Notes: a model not told the origin generated them from the sequence alone. Positions 46,777 to 59,324 are shown, counted from the first letter of the whole stretch. The stretch: DNA of 63,366 bases, filler included, from Globobulimina sp. (GCA_003354225.1; 38 parts of 38 records of this genome joined end to end with filler, not necessarily neighbours in it); one strand, 5' to 3'. Program-made: numbers and translations.

Positions 46777-47174
46777 ACAGCAATGATACATTGGATGTGG
46801 GTGAAGCGTGTTGGATGGCGCATTGGTTTTTGAATCAGGAAGAATGGGCACAAAGCATTGCAATCAAAAGTTTGAAAAGTTTGAATAAATTGGGTGAAAG
46901 AGGCGTATTTGAATCTAGTTCGTATTATCGATTGGCGTTTAGAGAGTTTGGGACAACATTAGGAACACAATGTTTGTATTATAATTCTGGAGAATTGAAA
47001 AACATTCGCAAATTATCGCAACCATGGAAGGAGAACATTGTTCCGAAATTGTTATCGTTTTGGAAACGGGATAGTATATATTCGAGAGATAATGATATTA
47101 CGCCACAAATGTATTGTTCTTCATTGCTTCCTGGTGTTTGGTGTAAGAATTTTAAGCAATTCATTAAAAAATAA
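46777..47174 (+). CDS. Conserved-looking hypothetical protein, C-terminal fragment
   Basis: YRLAFREFG..G and DI...MY..SL.PG motifs; function not assignable. Confidence 0.5.
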
Positions 47175-47337
47175 AACAATATTTTACTGTATTATATGTG
47201 ATATACTAGTATATAATATATTCGATCAGCAGCTCCATGAGATGGTGTGAGTTGTTTTTTGATTTTGCAATTTAAATTCCAATTCTTAAAAACTTTTAGC
47301 TAATTAAACTTCAGTTACTAGATAGAATAGCGATAAA

Positions 47338-47700
47338 ATGTCACAGAGAAAAAAAGATCAAATGCCCAACATTTGGGATCATCCTCTTGATGGTATCTAA
47401 TTTTATTTGCTTATGAATGGTAATCTCAAATGTTAATTGTAAACGAATAAATAGCATCAATGGCTCATTTAAAAAAATTCTCCAAGGATTCATACCATTT
47501 AATCATGAAATGCACAAAACCTGATCTTAAAGGTACGTCTATTTATTGCTAAATGACGTATAATATTAAATAAATATATTTTAGAATTCAAAAAATTAGC
47601 AATGGCCACATCAATTGGTTTCTTATTGATGGGATTTATTGGCTTTTTTATTCGATTGATCCATATTCCAATCAATAATATTATTCGTGGATCTGGATAA
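47338..47700 (+). CDS. SEC61G: Sec61 gamma subunit (exons 47338-47392, 47455-47532, 47585-47700); absent from the ORF track
   Basis: Spliced product ..[52 protein letters not shown]. Confidence 0.95.
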
Positions 47701-48585
47701 CTTTAAAACAAAATATCAAAAATAATTATTGTTTAATCCGTAAACATTGCTTTGTTGTCATTTCTTTCTTTTGCGCTTTCTTCACTCTCACGTAGAATAA
47801 ACCTAATATTTAATTGACTCAATCATATCCTTGCACACATAATCGAATTGAATTAATGTGTTCTTGCACTGCGACTACTTGCCAGAAACGTTTATTTTTG
47901 GATATTCAAATTTCGTTGTAATAGTACTAGATCATGTCAATGGTAAATACACATATTAAAAAAGCATGCTTTGTTTCAAGCGGTTAAACTAAGTTTTCTG
48001 ATATAATATTTTGTTATTTTTGATTTGTTTGTGAGATTCGAAATCGATTCAACTCAAAATATTTCACGTAATAAATAGTTCCACACACATTACATTCTAA
48101 GAACAATAACAAATATCATATTGAATCATTAGATACTTTTTGTTCAACATTATTTTTACTGTTACTAGCACTGCTTGATATATTTGCGTCATTTAATTCA
48201 ATTTCGTCACTTTTAGTTTGAAGAGAAGCATTTTTAGCTTCCTCATTTGTTTTATTCTTTCGTGTTTCTCTCCAATTCCTTATTATTTTGCCAAAAGTGA
48301 GCGTTTTGTCCTCCTCGTCAATGGTTAACCAGCCACTCCTTCTCANNNNNNNNNNNNNNNNNNNNNNNNNNNNNNNNNNNNNNNNNNNNTTAATTAATTA
48401 ANNNNNNNNNNNNNNNNNNNNNNNNNNNNNNNNNNNNNNNNNNNNAAACACACACACACACAAAAACGAAAGGGGTTAAAAAAAAGTTAAAAAGAAAAAG
48501 AAAATGAGAATATTGCGATACAAACAATTGTTAGTGTTTATGATGAATCACATCCAATAACAAATATATCAAATATAAATATAAA

Positions 48586-50014
48586 TTATGGCAAAGCAGT
48601 CAATGCTTCCATAATCAAGGCACGATGTATTTCATCATCAACACCTAACTGCTGAAAATTAAATGCGTTTAATTTTTTTAATTGTGCTCCGTTGATATTT
48701 AATTTTTTTAATCCATTGATTATATCTGGATATATTTTAAAAATTAAACCATTCTCTAATGCTTTTATCCAAAGTAAAACATCATTATTACTCCAGGTCT
48801 CTGCATGTTTACTATTTACTGCCTTATCATATTTATATGCAATGGCACTGGTGCTAGAAATAGGCGATGTTGGTGATTTACTGTGGCTGTAACTGGAAGT
48901 ATTGCTATTGCTACAACCACCAGTCTCTGGTTTTGCCATTCTATCAATCATTTGCTTGATTTCATTAAACTTATAATCTTTTGTACCATTAAAATTTTCA
49001 TACTGTATTAGCGCACTCGAAATGTATGACGACTTATAACCTAATTTAACCAGTTTGTTATAAATATTTTGTCTTTGCGAACATTTTAGGTTTTTTATGA
49101 TATTAATCCATTTTTGTGCATTTTTTTGATTATTTGGATGAGGACATAAATAATGTTCAATATTACATAACTTTATCATAAATATGCATTGTAATCCGCT
49201 CATATCATCTTTACACTCTTCGTTAACTATTTTAAACTCAAACTGCGGAATACTTAATACATTCACTAATTCATTTAAAGAGATAATTTTTCTCATTTGT
49301 GTGACGCAAACTAATTTAAACTCATTCTCTCCATAACATGTGACGGATTGCAGTTGTTTGCATGCTATTTGATTCTCGAAACAACACAAACGATTTTCTG
49401 TTTCACTTTGGTCGATGGCAAAGTAATATTTATGCCATCGATGTGTCAATGTATTATATAACGATAAAAAACCACTATGAATGGGCACAAATGTTCGTTG
49501 GTGTTGTTTCATAATGCATTTTATGCCATTTATCCAAATGTTTTGTTGTTGTTTGTTTTTCGTGGCTAATATCCAGGTTCTCTCCTCAGTAAATAGTTGA
49601 ATACAAAATGGGTAATGATATTCATTGGAATTTGTCGCTCTGATTTTAGTCACTTTATTTAATTCAATTTTACCTTTTTCCTTTAATAACGAGTCATCCT
49701 CAAAATAACGTATTTCATTCACATCATAAATCACAAAGAATCGGCGTCGCCATGTTTTATATTTTCCGCCTAATTTTCTTAAATATCCACAATGTAATAA
49801 AGTGCCAAAACACAGATCACGCAAAACGTTGATCCATTCTTCAAATGTTTGAGAGTCGGCACAGCTAAAAATCCAGGTTCGTTTTGGAGAAACTAACTCA
49901 AATCCAAACGTATTATTGTCACCTTTTAAGGATATATCTTTTACATTTAATGAACAGCTACGCGGTTTGCGTTTTGTTTGATTAAGGTTGGTATCAAACA
50001 TATCAATTGATTTC
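48586..50014 (-). CDS. Multi-PH-domain + SAM protein, 5' partial
   Basis: CGYLRKLGGKYKTWRRRFF, RTWIF..EEWI; WSNNDVLLWI..INGAQL..QLGV (SAM). Confidence 0.85.
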
Positions 50015-50535
50015 NNNNNNNNNNNNNNNNNNNNNNNNNNNNNNNNNNNNNNNNNNNNTTAATTAATTAANNNNNNNNNNNNNNNNNNNNNNNNNNNNNN
50101 NNNNNNNNNNNNNNTATTACGGAGGTGTCGAATGTATGGTATATTTAAACAATAATAAAAATATGGAATCAATTACGTTTAACGTTGACGAATATTTTAC
50201 TGAATTGGAGTCAAAAGGAATGAGTATTATAAATATTGAGTTGAGTGTAGAGATAGAATCAACCCAACAACAGCTGGCCAATGTAGTTGAAGCATTTCGT
50301 AGAATTAGTAATCCTGGAAAATTGAGCAATATATTTGCGTTGAAATGGATTGGAGATTATCCAGGTTTGTCAGTTTGTTTCTTCCCATAAATGATTCCAA
50401 TTTTTATAAATTTACTAATTGCACTGTTTGGGTTTTCACCTATACCACAGTTATCATTTTAGTTTTTTCCATTGAGTCCAATAAACGATAAACTCCATTC
50501 ACTGCACCTTGCACATCAGAATCCGTTCAGAGTCA

Positions 50536-50631
50536 CTGCAGTGCACTGACCTAATTTATTGTGGCGAGCGATCAACTCCAAAAGTTAAGTCCGATCACCA
50601 CAATGAAAATTAGCTGAATAGTGCACTGCAG
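50536..50631. repeat. Short foldback/MITE-like element
   Basis: ctgcagtgcact/agtgcactgcag, ctaattt/aaattag and attgtgg/ccacaat nested IRs. Confidence 0.6.
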
Positions 50632-50702
50632 CCACACACCGCAATGTTTGACCGAATAGCCATTTCCACAGAGGATTCAACTGTGATGAATATACAGGTG
50701 GA

Positions 50703-51533
50703 ATGTATCAGGAATTATACAATTTCTTCGGTTGTATCACCACAAAACAAGACCAAATGTACACTGAACGTGTAAACATTGCCAAACGTGCATTGGATGA
50801 AAAACAAGCATTTAGTTTATCTCCGCAAGAATTTAATAATATTCCCGGAAAACTCGAATATAATGTTTTATTTACAAACTTCTTATCGATTTACAGCAAA
50901 CCGGCATTACAAACAATGCATTGTTTTAGCAAAGATTCGCAACTGCATTCACAATGTATTATGATTCAATTAACGCAGCAAAATGTAATGTGTCAATACG
51001 ATTTAGAAATTCTTAAAAACGCAGTATTCCAATGTGACCAATGTCATTTATCGCAATATATCCAAGATTTTGCACCATATTATAAAGTATTACTAATTGA
51101 AGTGCAAATGTCCGAAATTCCAAACATGCTCAATGTTGTAAATAAAAATAAAAATATATTCAAGCATATCTGTGGTGAACAAGTCCAATCAATTGAAATT
51201 ATTCCAATTCCAAAACAATTGCCAATTGAACAAATATCGAAAGGATTTGCGACTGCCAACAATGTGCTGGCATCAAACACTCGCAATTACCTTCCGGATT
51301 TTGATGAGAATTTTGCCACAAATTTCGAAAATATCCATATGTTAATTAAATTTGATCAAATTAAATTTAATACGTTTCAAGACACACAACACAAAGATTT
51401 ACGAGATAACATTGAACAAATATTTGAACAATGCTTCAAAGCGAATTCAGCTCAACTTGAGCTACAAAAAACATATCAATACATCAGGAGCTATGATCTC
51501 GTATCCTATAGACCTGCATTTCAAATTAGTTAA
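50703..51533 (+). CDS. Hypothetical protein (3' end probably cut by a chimeric junction)
   Basis: 276-aa ORF; no recognised domain. Confidence 0.5.
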   Translation: MYQELYNFFGCITTKQDQMYTERVNIAKRALDEKQAFSLSPQEFNNIPGKLEYNVLFTNFLSIYSKPALQTMHCFSKDSQLHSQCIMIQLTQQNVMCQYDLEILKNAVFQCDQCHLSQYIQDFAPYYKVLLIEVQMSEIPNMLNVVNKNKNIFKHICGEQVQSIEIIPIPKQLPIEQISKGFATANNVLASNTRNYLPDFDENFATNFENIHMLIKFDQIKFNTFQDTQHKDLRDNIEQIFEQCFKANSAQLELQKTYQYIRSYDLVSYRPAFQIS

Positions 51534-51683
51534 GTTATATATAATTGGTTTGAAAATACAACAAACATTTACCAACCAGAATCATCAAATATTTTTAGGT
51601 TCAGTCTACATCAGAATTATCCAAATCCATTTAACCCGGAAACAACAATTGAATATAATATCCCAAAATTATCTGCTGTAAAA
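51534..51683 (+). CDS. Bacterial T9SS C-terminal sorting domain fragment
   Basis: FSLHQNYPNPFNPETTIEYNIP in a frame not shown in the ORF track. Confidence 0.8.
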
Positions 51684-51783
51684 NNNNNNNNNNNNNNNNN
51701 NNNNNNNNNNNNNNNNNNNNNNNNNNNTTAATTAATTAANNNNNNNNNNNNNNNNNNNNNNNNNNNNNNNNNNNNNNNNNNNN

Positions 51784-51885
51784 ACTTCAACGGGACCGAC
51801 AGCTTCACCTACGGGACCCAGGACACTCACGGAGAGAACTCCAACATCGCGATCGTCAACATCAACGTCGTTCCTGTCAACGATG
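51784..51885 (+). CDS. Bacterial cadherin/Ig-like (Big_9/tandem-95) repeat fragment
   Basis: FNGTDSFTY..NIAIVNINVVPVND; GC-rich codons. Confidence 0.75.
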
Positions 51886-53021
51886 TTACTTGTTTGTGTT
51901 ATTAGTAGTTTATTCAAATGCACTGTGTCTGTACCAGATGGTTTTGTAACAACATCAGGAAATAAATTCATGTTAAATGGTAAACCATATTATTTTGCAG
52001 GCGCAAATTGTTATAATTTATTCACATATGGCTCAGGTGCTGGTGATACGGAAACTCAATACATGGAAAACAACAAATTGATAAAATGATGCAAATTATG
52101 GAATCAAATAAAGTGCAAGTTGTGCGAACCTGGGGTTTTAATACAGAAACTTGGCATGGATTTGAAACAAAACCAAATACCTTCAATGAACAACAATTTG
52201 ATGAATTTGATTACATTGCTTTATCTGCAAAGGAGCATAATATAAAATTGATTGTTACATTAACAAATTATTGGACAGATTATGGCGGCATCACTCAATA
52301 TTTACAATGGGCTGATCATGATTCCTCCAACCAAGCAAATCAAGGCTTGTTTTTCAATGATTCAAAAGCAATTCAATTATATAAGAATTATGTACAACAT
52401 TTTATTGAAAGAACGAATCATTATACAAATATATCTTACATTAATGATCCAACTATATTTGCCTGGGAGGTATGTAATGAGCCAAGGCATCAAGATTTAG
52501 GCGATGATATTACTTCAACTGTGCTTAGAAAATGGATGGATGACATTGGGCAATTTATAAAAAAATTGGATCCGAATCATTTGATTAGTTCCGGTTTAGA
52601 GGGACAAGGCTCACGTTATGGATATGGTGGGAATGCTGGGAATGATTTTATAACAATTCATCAATCGCCGGGTATTGATTTTTGTTCAGCTCATCCATAT
52701 CCCACAGAACCATGGGCACTGTTAAATATTTCAGAAACACAACGTTTAATATCGGAATGGATTTATGACTGTCAAACAACTGTTGGAAAACCAATGTTTT
52801 TGGGTGAATTTAATACTTTGAGTTATAATGGAGAAGGACATACAAGATCTGAATGGTGGAAAGCGATATATGATGTGATTGAAAATGAAAATGCTGGTGG
52901 CGATGCATTTTGGTGGTTTCAATATCATGATTATGATCCAAATTATGGCGTAAATGATGGTGATGCTGAATTAAAAGTGTTTCAACAACATTCTATAAAT
53001 ATGCAAATGAAATCTGGTTAA
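51883..53021 (+). CDS. Secreted GH5 endo-beta-mannanase-like enzyme; 1-nt frameshift near 52070
   Basis: FVTTSGNKF.LNGKPYYFAGAN.Y, VVRTWGF, NYWTDYGG, AWEVCNEP, SAHPYP, FLGEF. Confidence 0.88.
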
Positions 53022-53084
53022 TAGTTTTTAACATTTCATAAAAAAAAAACTCTTACTTCTTGAAGTTGAAATCGATCTTGCGTG

Positions 53085-53352
53085 ATGTTTGTATTACTGT
53101 TGTTGTGTTCAATTCCCATCCAAATTATTTCTGCGTTTCATCATGTAAACGCAGACTCTGTTGAACAATGGGACAGATTTGGGATTTCATTAACAGGCCC
53201 ATCAGATGGAAATCCTTTCGTTGATAATGAATTCCAAGCAACTTTTACATTCAATGGAAATGGTGATAATGACCAATTTGTTGTCAATGGCTTTTATGAT
53301 GGCAATGGTGTTTATAAAGTCCGATTCATGCCAAATCAAATTGGTTCCTGGT
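53085..53352 (+). CDS. Secreted DUF5060-domain protein, 5' fragment
   Basis: Signal peptide; VEQWDRF..GPSDGNPF..GFYDGNGVYKVRFMP..G.W. Confidence 0.75.
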
Positions 53353-53452
53353 NNNNNNNNNNNNNNNNNNNNNNNNNNNNNNNNNNNNNNNNNNNNTTAA
53401 TTAATTAANNNNNNNNNNNNNNNNNNNNNNNNNNNNNNNNNNNNNNNNNNNN

Positions 53453-53703
53453 TCACCGTAGGATTCGAACCTACATCCATTTGGTTTGCTTTCCATTCAA
53501 ACCAATGCTCTGCCAATTGAGCTAGGTGCTTATCAGCATTATCTAATTCCTATGTGGAGGACTATTTTTCAGGTCAAGGGATGAGTAGAATGAGTACTTT
53601 TAATTAATCCACGCTCCCAGCAGGCAATTGACTAAGTGCTTTTTGAGTATTTAAGTATTAGTAGCTAAGAAAAAGTTAGTTGGCAGTAGTCAATTGGGTA
53701 ATC
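53453..53703 (-). repeat. Dispersed repeat family A, copy 2, with tRNA-like body at 53453-53531 (putative anticodon GAA)
   Basis: Reverse complement GCACCTAGCTCAATTGGCAGAGCATTGGTTTGAATGGAAAGCAAACCAAATGGATGTAGGTTCGAATCCTACGGTGA plus shared upstream flank. Confidence 0.85.
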
Positions 53704-54495
53704 AAAATTTAAATCAAAATGCACAAAACAACAATAATAACAATCAACAAAACGCTCAATAATTTGTATTTAATGCTTATTTGCTTTGTATTTTATTTAT
53801 GTGTTGTTTTGCCTTGTTCATAATCTTTCTATAATTTGTGCCATGTCAGTGTACATTAATTTTATTATATCGTTCTTTGTTTTCTGTTTTCCGTTCACCA
53901 TCGAAAGCTGTCCCATAAAATCACTTCATAACATACATAGCGTTATATTTAGGTTAATTGGCAATACATACAAAAACAAATATATGCTTGCCCACCAAAT
54001 ACAACATACACTCTTCGGAAACATAATTTAACACAAAGTCAAGATTATTTAAAAACACATATATCACATCGACTTGAAATCCGTGATGTGCATATCACTG
54101 CGGTCATGTGGAAGACCCAAATAATTTACGCAAAGGGCGGAATTTTGTTTTTCCAACAAATCCATCACCGCGTCACATGGAACTTGTTTTGAGATTTGTC
54201 AGTATAGATGACTAATATGAGCATTTTTCTATCTTCTTTGTTCTTGGTCCTATATATTTGTAACTTTCAAAAAATCATAATGGGTATATTTGCCCGACCT
54301 GTGTACTGCTACGATGTTCTAGAACAGTCTGGAAGCTGATATATGATACCCATGATAAAATTGTCTACCTCCAGTTACCTCCAGTTTTCCCGTTTTTCTT
54401 TTTTACCACCATGGCACAGCTTCGACGGTAAACGTAGCATAGGCAGCTCATTATGAGTATTATGGTGGATTTGTACCAATTGGTACCAGATATTA

Positions 54496-54870
54496 ATGAG
54501 ATTTCATGGCTATGGATGAGATTTCATGGCTATGGATGGATTTCATGGACCAGATTATTCATGATTGATGAATGAGATTTATGGCCGGATGAGATTTATA
54601 TCATATGCAACATGGCCTAAGCCACCGTTTACATACCACTGTGGTCATAACCACCGTTGGCAAAGCAACCGTTGACACAACCACCGCGACATACCACTGT
54701 GGACATAACCGCTGTGGACATAACCGCTGTGGTCTGTGAACATATCGGTGAACGACCACGTGGACACTGGACGTAACCACCGTGGAAAAAGCAGCCGTTG
54801 ACATAACTACTGTGGACAAAGCAACAGTGGACACAGTTTAGCCTTTCGTTACAGTGGACAGAGCAACCTG
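54496..54870. repeat. Two adjacent minisatellites (~20-bp atgagatttcatggctatgg; ~15-bp accgctgtggacata)
   Basis: Visible degenerate tandem units. Confidence 0.8.
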
Positions 54871-54894
54871 GACATTCCCACGCGTGTAATTTAT

Positions 54895-54968
54895 TGTGAT
54901 GACAGCTCAATGAGAGCATCTAATTAAAGAAGATTTGGGTTCAAATCCCACCATCACATTTTTTTTTT
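54895..54968 (+). ncRNA. Mini tRNA-like element family B, copy 2
   Basis: TGTGATG/CATCACA; D arm GCTC/GAGC; T arm TGGG-TTCAAAT-CCCA; T10 tract; downstream tail shared with copy 1. Confidence 0.65.
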
Positions 54969-55713
54969 CATCATAATTTAAAAAAACTATAATTTTTGTT
55001 TGTGTTTCGGTTGTGTATGTTNNNNNNNNNNNNNNNNNNNNNNNNNNNNNNNNNNNNNNNNNNNNTTAATTAATTAANNNNNNNNNNNNNNNNNNNNNNN
55101 NNNNNNNNNNNNNNNNNNNNNAAAAATAGTACAGTATATTATTGGCCTCGAAAAGTATAAAATACGCGATGCAAAAAGTGGGCGGTGGTGGGTGGTGGTG
55201 GTGGAGTGAGCCGAAACCACAACCACTAAGAATTCGACCAATCACCGTTGCCTGCTGTTGTTTTGCCATTGACGCGAACGAAACATTTATTCCAGAAACA
55301 AAAAAAGTCCACAAACTATACCAGATTCTTGCGCATATTTTAAGACTATTTCCACGAAAATTGGTTAAGTATTGACAGAGTTATACTTCAATTACAAAGG
55401 CACATATGCTTCATGCGCATGGATTAGTTGTTGCCATTTATAATCATCATCATACTGTACATAAGCATACAGTAACACGAAATAACTTGATTCATGTATG
55501 AATAATCGTTTTGGGATATGAAAAAAATGTTTCTTGTTCCATGCTTTGCATGCATTTTTCTTTCTTTCCTCTCGCTCTTGGGTAACTTTTTTACTGCTCT
55601 GCTAGTAGTACTATACTACAGCTTGTTATACCATCAATTAACTATTACATTCTGATGTGAGTGTAGAAACGTTAACACTGTAATGTATTAAAAGTTGGTT
55701 GTTGTTTTAGTTG

Positions 55714-55965
55714 ATGATGGAGGAAAACGATTTATGCTCTTCCAGTCCATCGAAGAAACGGCAACGAATAGATACTACCCATGTGCCTGATACCTCCTTG
55801 ACAAGGTCGACCGTTGCTGTTGTTGATATGTCTACATTTGATGCTCTCCCCGATGAATTGTTGACGTTGATACTGCACATGATTCCGCTTAATATATTCA
55901 ATATGTTCCCACAACTGTTCAGACTGGAAACTGTTTGTAAACGATTTCGGAACGTATGTTGTTGA
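55714..55965 (+). CDS. Short F-box ORF (possible pseudogene or first exon)
   Basis: PSKKRQR NLS-like motif; FDALPDELLTLIL..L..VCKRFRNV. Confidence 0.6.
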   Translation: MMEENDLCSSSPSKKRQRIDTTHVPDTSLTRSTVAVVDMSTFDALPDELLTLILHMIPLNIFNMFPQLFRLETVCKRFRNVCC

Positions 55966-56194
55966 CAATAATATTGATTTTTACTAACAGTAGTGGACAC
56001 TCTCACCATTTTTGGTACCATTATAAATCTATGCATGTATCCCACTGTACTGTACAGTACAGTACAGTTTTTATTATTATTATACCAAAATTAATTCTGC
56101 TAATAATAGTAATAAATATTAAAAATGCTCTGTTTTTGTTTTCCAATGAATTTTTAAATAATTGGTTTGGTACCTAATATAGTCGGGAAACTTA

Positions 56195-56400
56195 CGATAT
56201 ATATGGTACTTGATCCATATATGGACCCGGTACCATATATGGTACCCTTTCAAGCCAAGTGGAACCATATATGGTATCAGTACCATACATGGTAGAGGTA
56301 CCATACATGGACCTGGTACCATATATGGTACCCTTTCAAATTCACTCTCAAGGGGTACCATATATGGATCAAGTACCATATCTATCGTAAGTTCCCTGAC
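56195..56400. repeat. Minisatellite of palindromic GGTACCATATATGGTACC-type units
   Basis: Repeated self-complementary 18-mer with variants. Confidence 0.85.
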
Positions 56401-56866
56401 TGTACATGATATGCACAATTATTGAACCTATTCTGTAAACCGTACAGTACATACCTGGGAACACACCAGGCACAGCCTGGCCAATATATGTGTAAATGGC
56501 AGCCAACAAAAGCAGATGAGCGAGCGCAAACCAAATATTCATAGGGAACATAATCACTATATTAACAATAGCCTGAAATATTAAATACATATTGTTATAG
56601 TCTTAAATATATGTATTGCAAATCACCCCAATCAATGAGCTCCAACGATTACAAAACAACGAATACCAAGACTGACGTTGGTTTATGATTNNNNNNNNNN
56701 NNNNNNNNNNNNNNNNNNNNNNNNNNNNNNNNNNTTAATTAATTAANNNNNNNNNNNNNNNNNNNNNNNNNNNNNNNNNNNNNNNNNNNNAGCCAATGTT
56801 AGTAGAAAAGGCCAAAAACCCTAACAAGTACAGACATGGCAAGCCCAAGCGCTGCTAAGATGCGGG

Positions 56867-57523
56867 TCATCTCTTTGAGACCGATGTAGCGCCAAGAAAA
56901 CTTGGGGCGCCGCTGATTGAATGCAGTTGTCCATAACGGCCAACAAACCCGCCATAGTCTTTAAATGCTGGGTTATCATCCAGCAATTGCATTCGTGCCT
57001 GTATGGAGGGCAGCGGGACTGACATCCTTTGTTTGCCCCCGTAATTCATCCGGAAAAGCCAGCCAAGGCCGCCCGCCAGCGTGTGAATATTATGGTTGCC
57101 GCTCATTTTCAGGATTTGCCCCAGGCTGCGGCGCCTGCCGGTGTCCAATGTCATAAAACTTTTGGCTTCGGCGCCGGTAATCAACACCGTTTGAAAAGAA
57201 CAACCCGATTGCACGCACGCCATAAGCCGGTGCTGACCGTCAACCAGATGCCAGCGGCCCGCCTCTTGCGTCAAGATAATCGGTGCGCCGTTCATTACCC
57301 ACAAACCCGCCTCCATGTCGCTTTTCAAAACATTAACATGGGTTCGCGTGGGCGTTCTATTAGCTACATTATAATGCATCAGTTCGGTTGCAATTTCCGG
57401 CGTCATAAGGCCCACTTGCACCGAAATATTTTTTGTTATGTCGGTTTCATCCAGGGTTGGTATAACCGGCAAGTTTAGCCGGTCGGTTTCGTGTATCAGT
57501 TTTTCTAGTTTTGTCACTTTCAT
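56867..57523 (-). CDS. Phage-type ParB/Srx-like N-terminal domain protein
   Basis: MTPEIATELM..N..NR, G.W..NGAPI, LVDGQHRL.A, TLDTGRRRS. Confidence 0.7.
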   Translation of the reverse strand: MKVTKLEKLIHETDRLNLPVIPTLDETDITKNISVQVGLMTPEIATELMHYNVANRTPTRTHVNVLKSDMEAGLWVMNGAPIILTQEAGRWHLVDGQHRLMACVQSGCSFQTVLITGAEAKSFMTLDTGRRRSLGQILKMSGNHNIHTLAGGLGWLFRMNYGGKQRMSVPLPSIQARMQLLDDNPAFKDYGGFVGRYGQLHSISGAPSFLGATSVSKR

Positions 57524-57538
57524 CCCCTATAATTGTTT

Positions 57539-57853
57539 CTATTGTGGTCCGTAAGTTCTCACAATATCCTGTCGTTTTTGTATCAAATGATCAAACATGC
57601 CAACAATACCCGGCATAGGATTATTAGAGCTTTGCATGTTTTTGTATTCTTTCCAAAACGTTTTATTCGAATTGATTAATTCTTTTTGTTCAGAATCATT
57701 GGGTAAACGCCCCTTATGGAGTAAGAACTCATACATGCCCAAACCCCAGCCATTGACAACGGCATGATAGCAAAGCGGCGCGCGGTGCATTTCCTGTTGT
57801 GCAAGCGTGAAATACTTTTTACGGGCATAAAATTTCATTGGTATAACAGTCAT
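57539..57853 (-). CDS. Phage-like hypothetical protein
   Basis: Tightly packed, co-oriented, intronless. Confidence 0.5.
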   Translation of the reverse strand: MTVIPMKFYARKKYFTLAQQEMHRAPLCYHAVVNGWGLGMYEFLLHKGRLPNDSEQKELINSNKTFWKEYKNMQSSNNPMPGIVGMFDHLIQKRQDIVRTYGPQ

Positions 57854-57945
57854 AATGCCCGAATTATAAGGAGCGCCTAAGTATTAGAAAATACTAATAT
57901 ATAGAAGAGGGGTTAAATAATTAAAAACTGTGGCTTTTTTCCCGG

Positions 57946-58335
57946 CTAATGCAGGTCTTTAAATTTTCCCTTTTTAAAATCTTCCCGTAATTGTTTTGAC
58001 CATTTTTCACTGGCTGCGGCATTCATGAAAGCCTCTAAAAACCGCGCGAATTCTTTCTCTTTGGTTTCGTCATCAAGCGGCGCAATAGTAAATAAATGAA
58101 GAAGAGTAGAACCCATCGCCGCACAAATAACCCGCAGATCAGAATAATCTATGTCTTGCTTTGATTTTTCCTTCATAAATTCAAAAATCCCGTCCTGGAC
58201 CTTATCAATTTTTTTTATAAAATCATCTCTACTCATTAGGCTCCCCTTTTTCTTTGGCCCTTCGTCGTTTTTCAAAGTCATCGATAGCCCTGCGCGTGAC
58301 CAAAGGTCGCAGACTGTCTGCCTTCTCTGCGTCAT
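57946..58335 (-). CDS. Phage-like hypothetical protein
   Basis: Co-oriented intronless ORF. Confidence 0.45.
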   Translation of the reverse strand: MTQRRQTVCDLWSRAGLSMTLKNDEGPKKKGSLMSRDDFIKKIDKVQDGIFEFMKEKSKQDIDYSDLRVICAAMGSTLLHLFTIAPLDDETKEKEFARFLEAFMNAAASEKWSKQLREDFKKGKFKDLH

Positions 58336-59324
58336 AAACCGCGAGCAGATCCGGCGCGANNNNNNNNNNNNNNNNNNNNNNNNNNNNNNNNNNNNNNNNN
58401 NNNTTAATTAATTAANNNNNNNNNNNNNNNNNNNNNNNNNNNNNNNNNNNNNNNNNNNNAAGCTCTGTATAAATTTGATCATACATAAAGTATGATCACA
58501 TATTCCAGAAATCACAGAATTGTTTAAATACTTATATTCAACAAATACATAATATAATATTGGATTTCTAGATTTTTTTTCATTATGAACGCCTTGTTAC
58601 TATGTTCAAATATGAATCCCGAAATATGCGGTTTTTCACAACTGTGATCTACAGTATTAAATAATTTGATATATTATTCAAAGGATAATGTAGACATAGA
58701 ATGTAGACACACATTGTAGCCAGTTTTCATGTCTACATAATTTAAACTCTTGTACTGTGCTATCATGGCACTCATTTGAGTACCAAACCATTCCTACAGT
58801 CACGACCAATGATATCCATGGTCTAGAAATGGTATCCATTGCAGTTATTGCCATCATCATTTTATTCTGGCAAATCCAATTAATCAAAATCCATGGGAAA
58901 AGTGTTATTTTTTTTGTGAATCAATATCATCAAAACAAAGCCAATAATGAATCCCACCGAGCAACCGCCACATCAATAACCCGCACAATATCCAATCCCA
59001 ACTATTCTGTGCCATATAGTATGTATTCCATGGCCACGCACTGCATTTTTATGTTGTTTTAGCGCGGTGTAATAATATATAAAAACAAAAAATACTATTT
59101 TTGTAAATTATTATATACAGATTGTTTACGACAAATCGATACGTCGTTACAACAAATACCAACAACACCAATCCAACAAAGTGCACCATTAGGAGCTAAA
59201 TCCAGTGATGAACGACAATCCGTCGCTGGACCATATTATGGAATATTATTTATTTATTTATTTTATTGTGGATGTTATGGAATATTATTATTCATTGTAA
59301 AGCAACTTATTGTACATTACAAAG

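Noticed and set aside
54601-54919. Repetitive ORFs here and at 56119-56425
   Set aside because: By-products of minisatellites; no coding evidence
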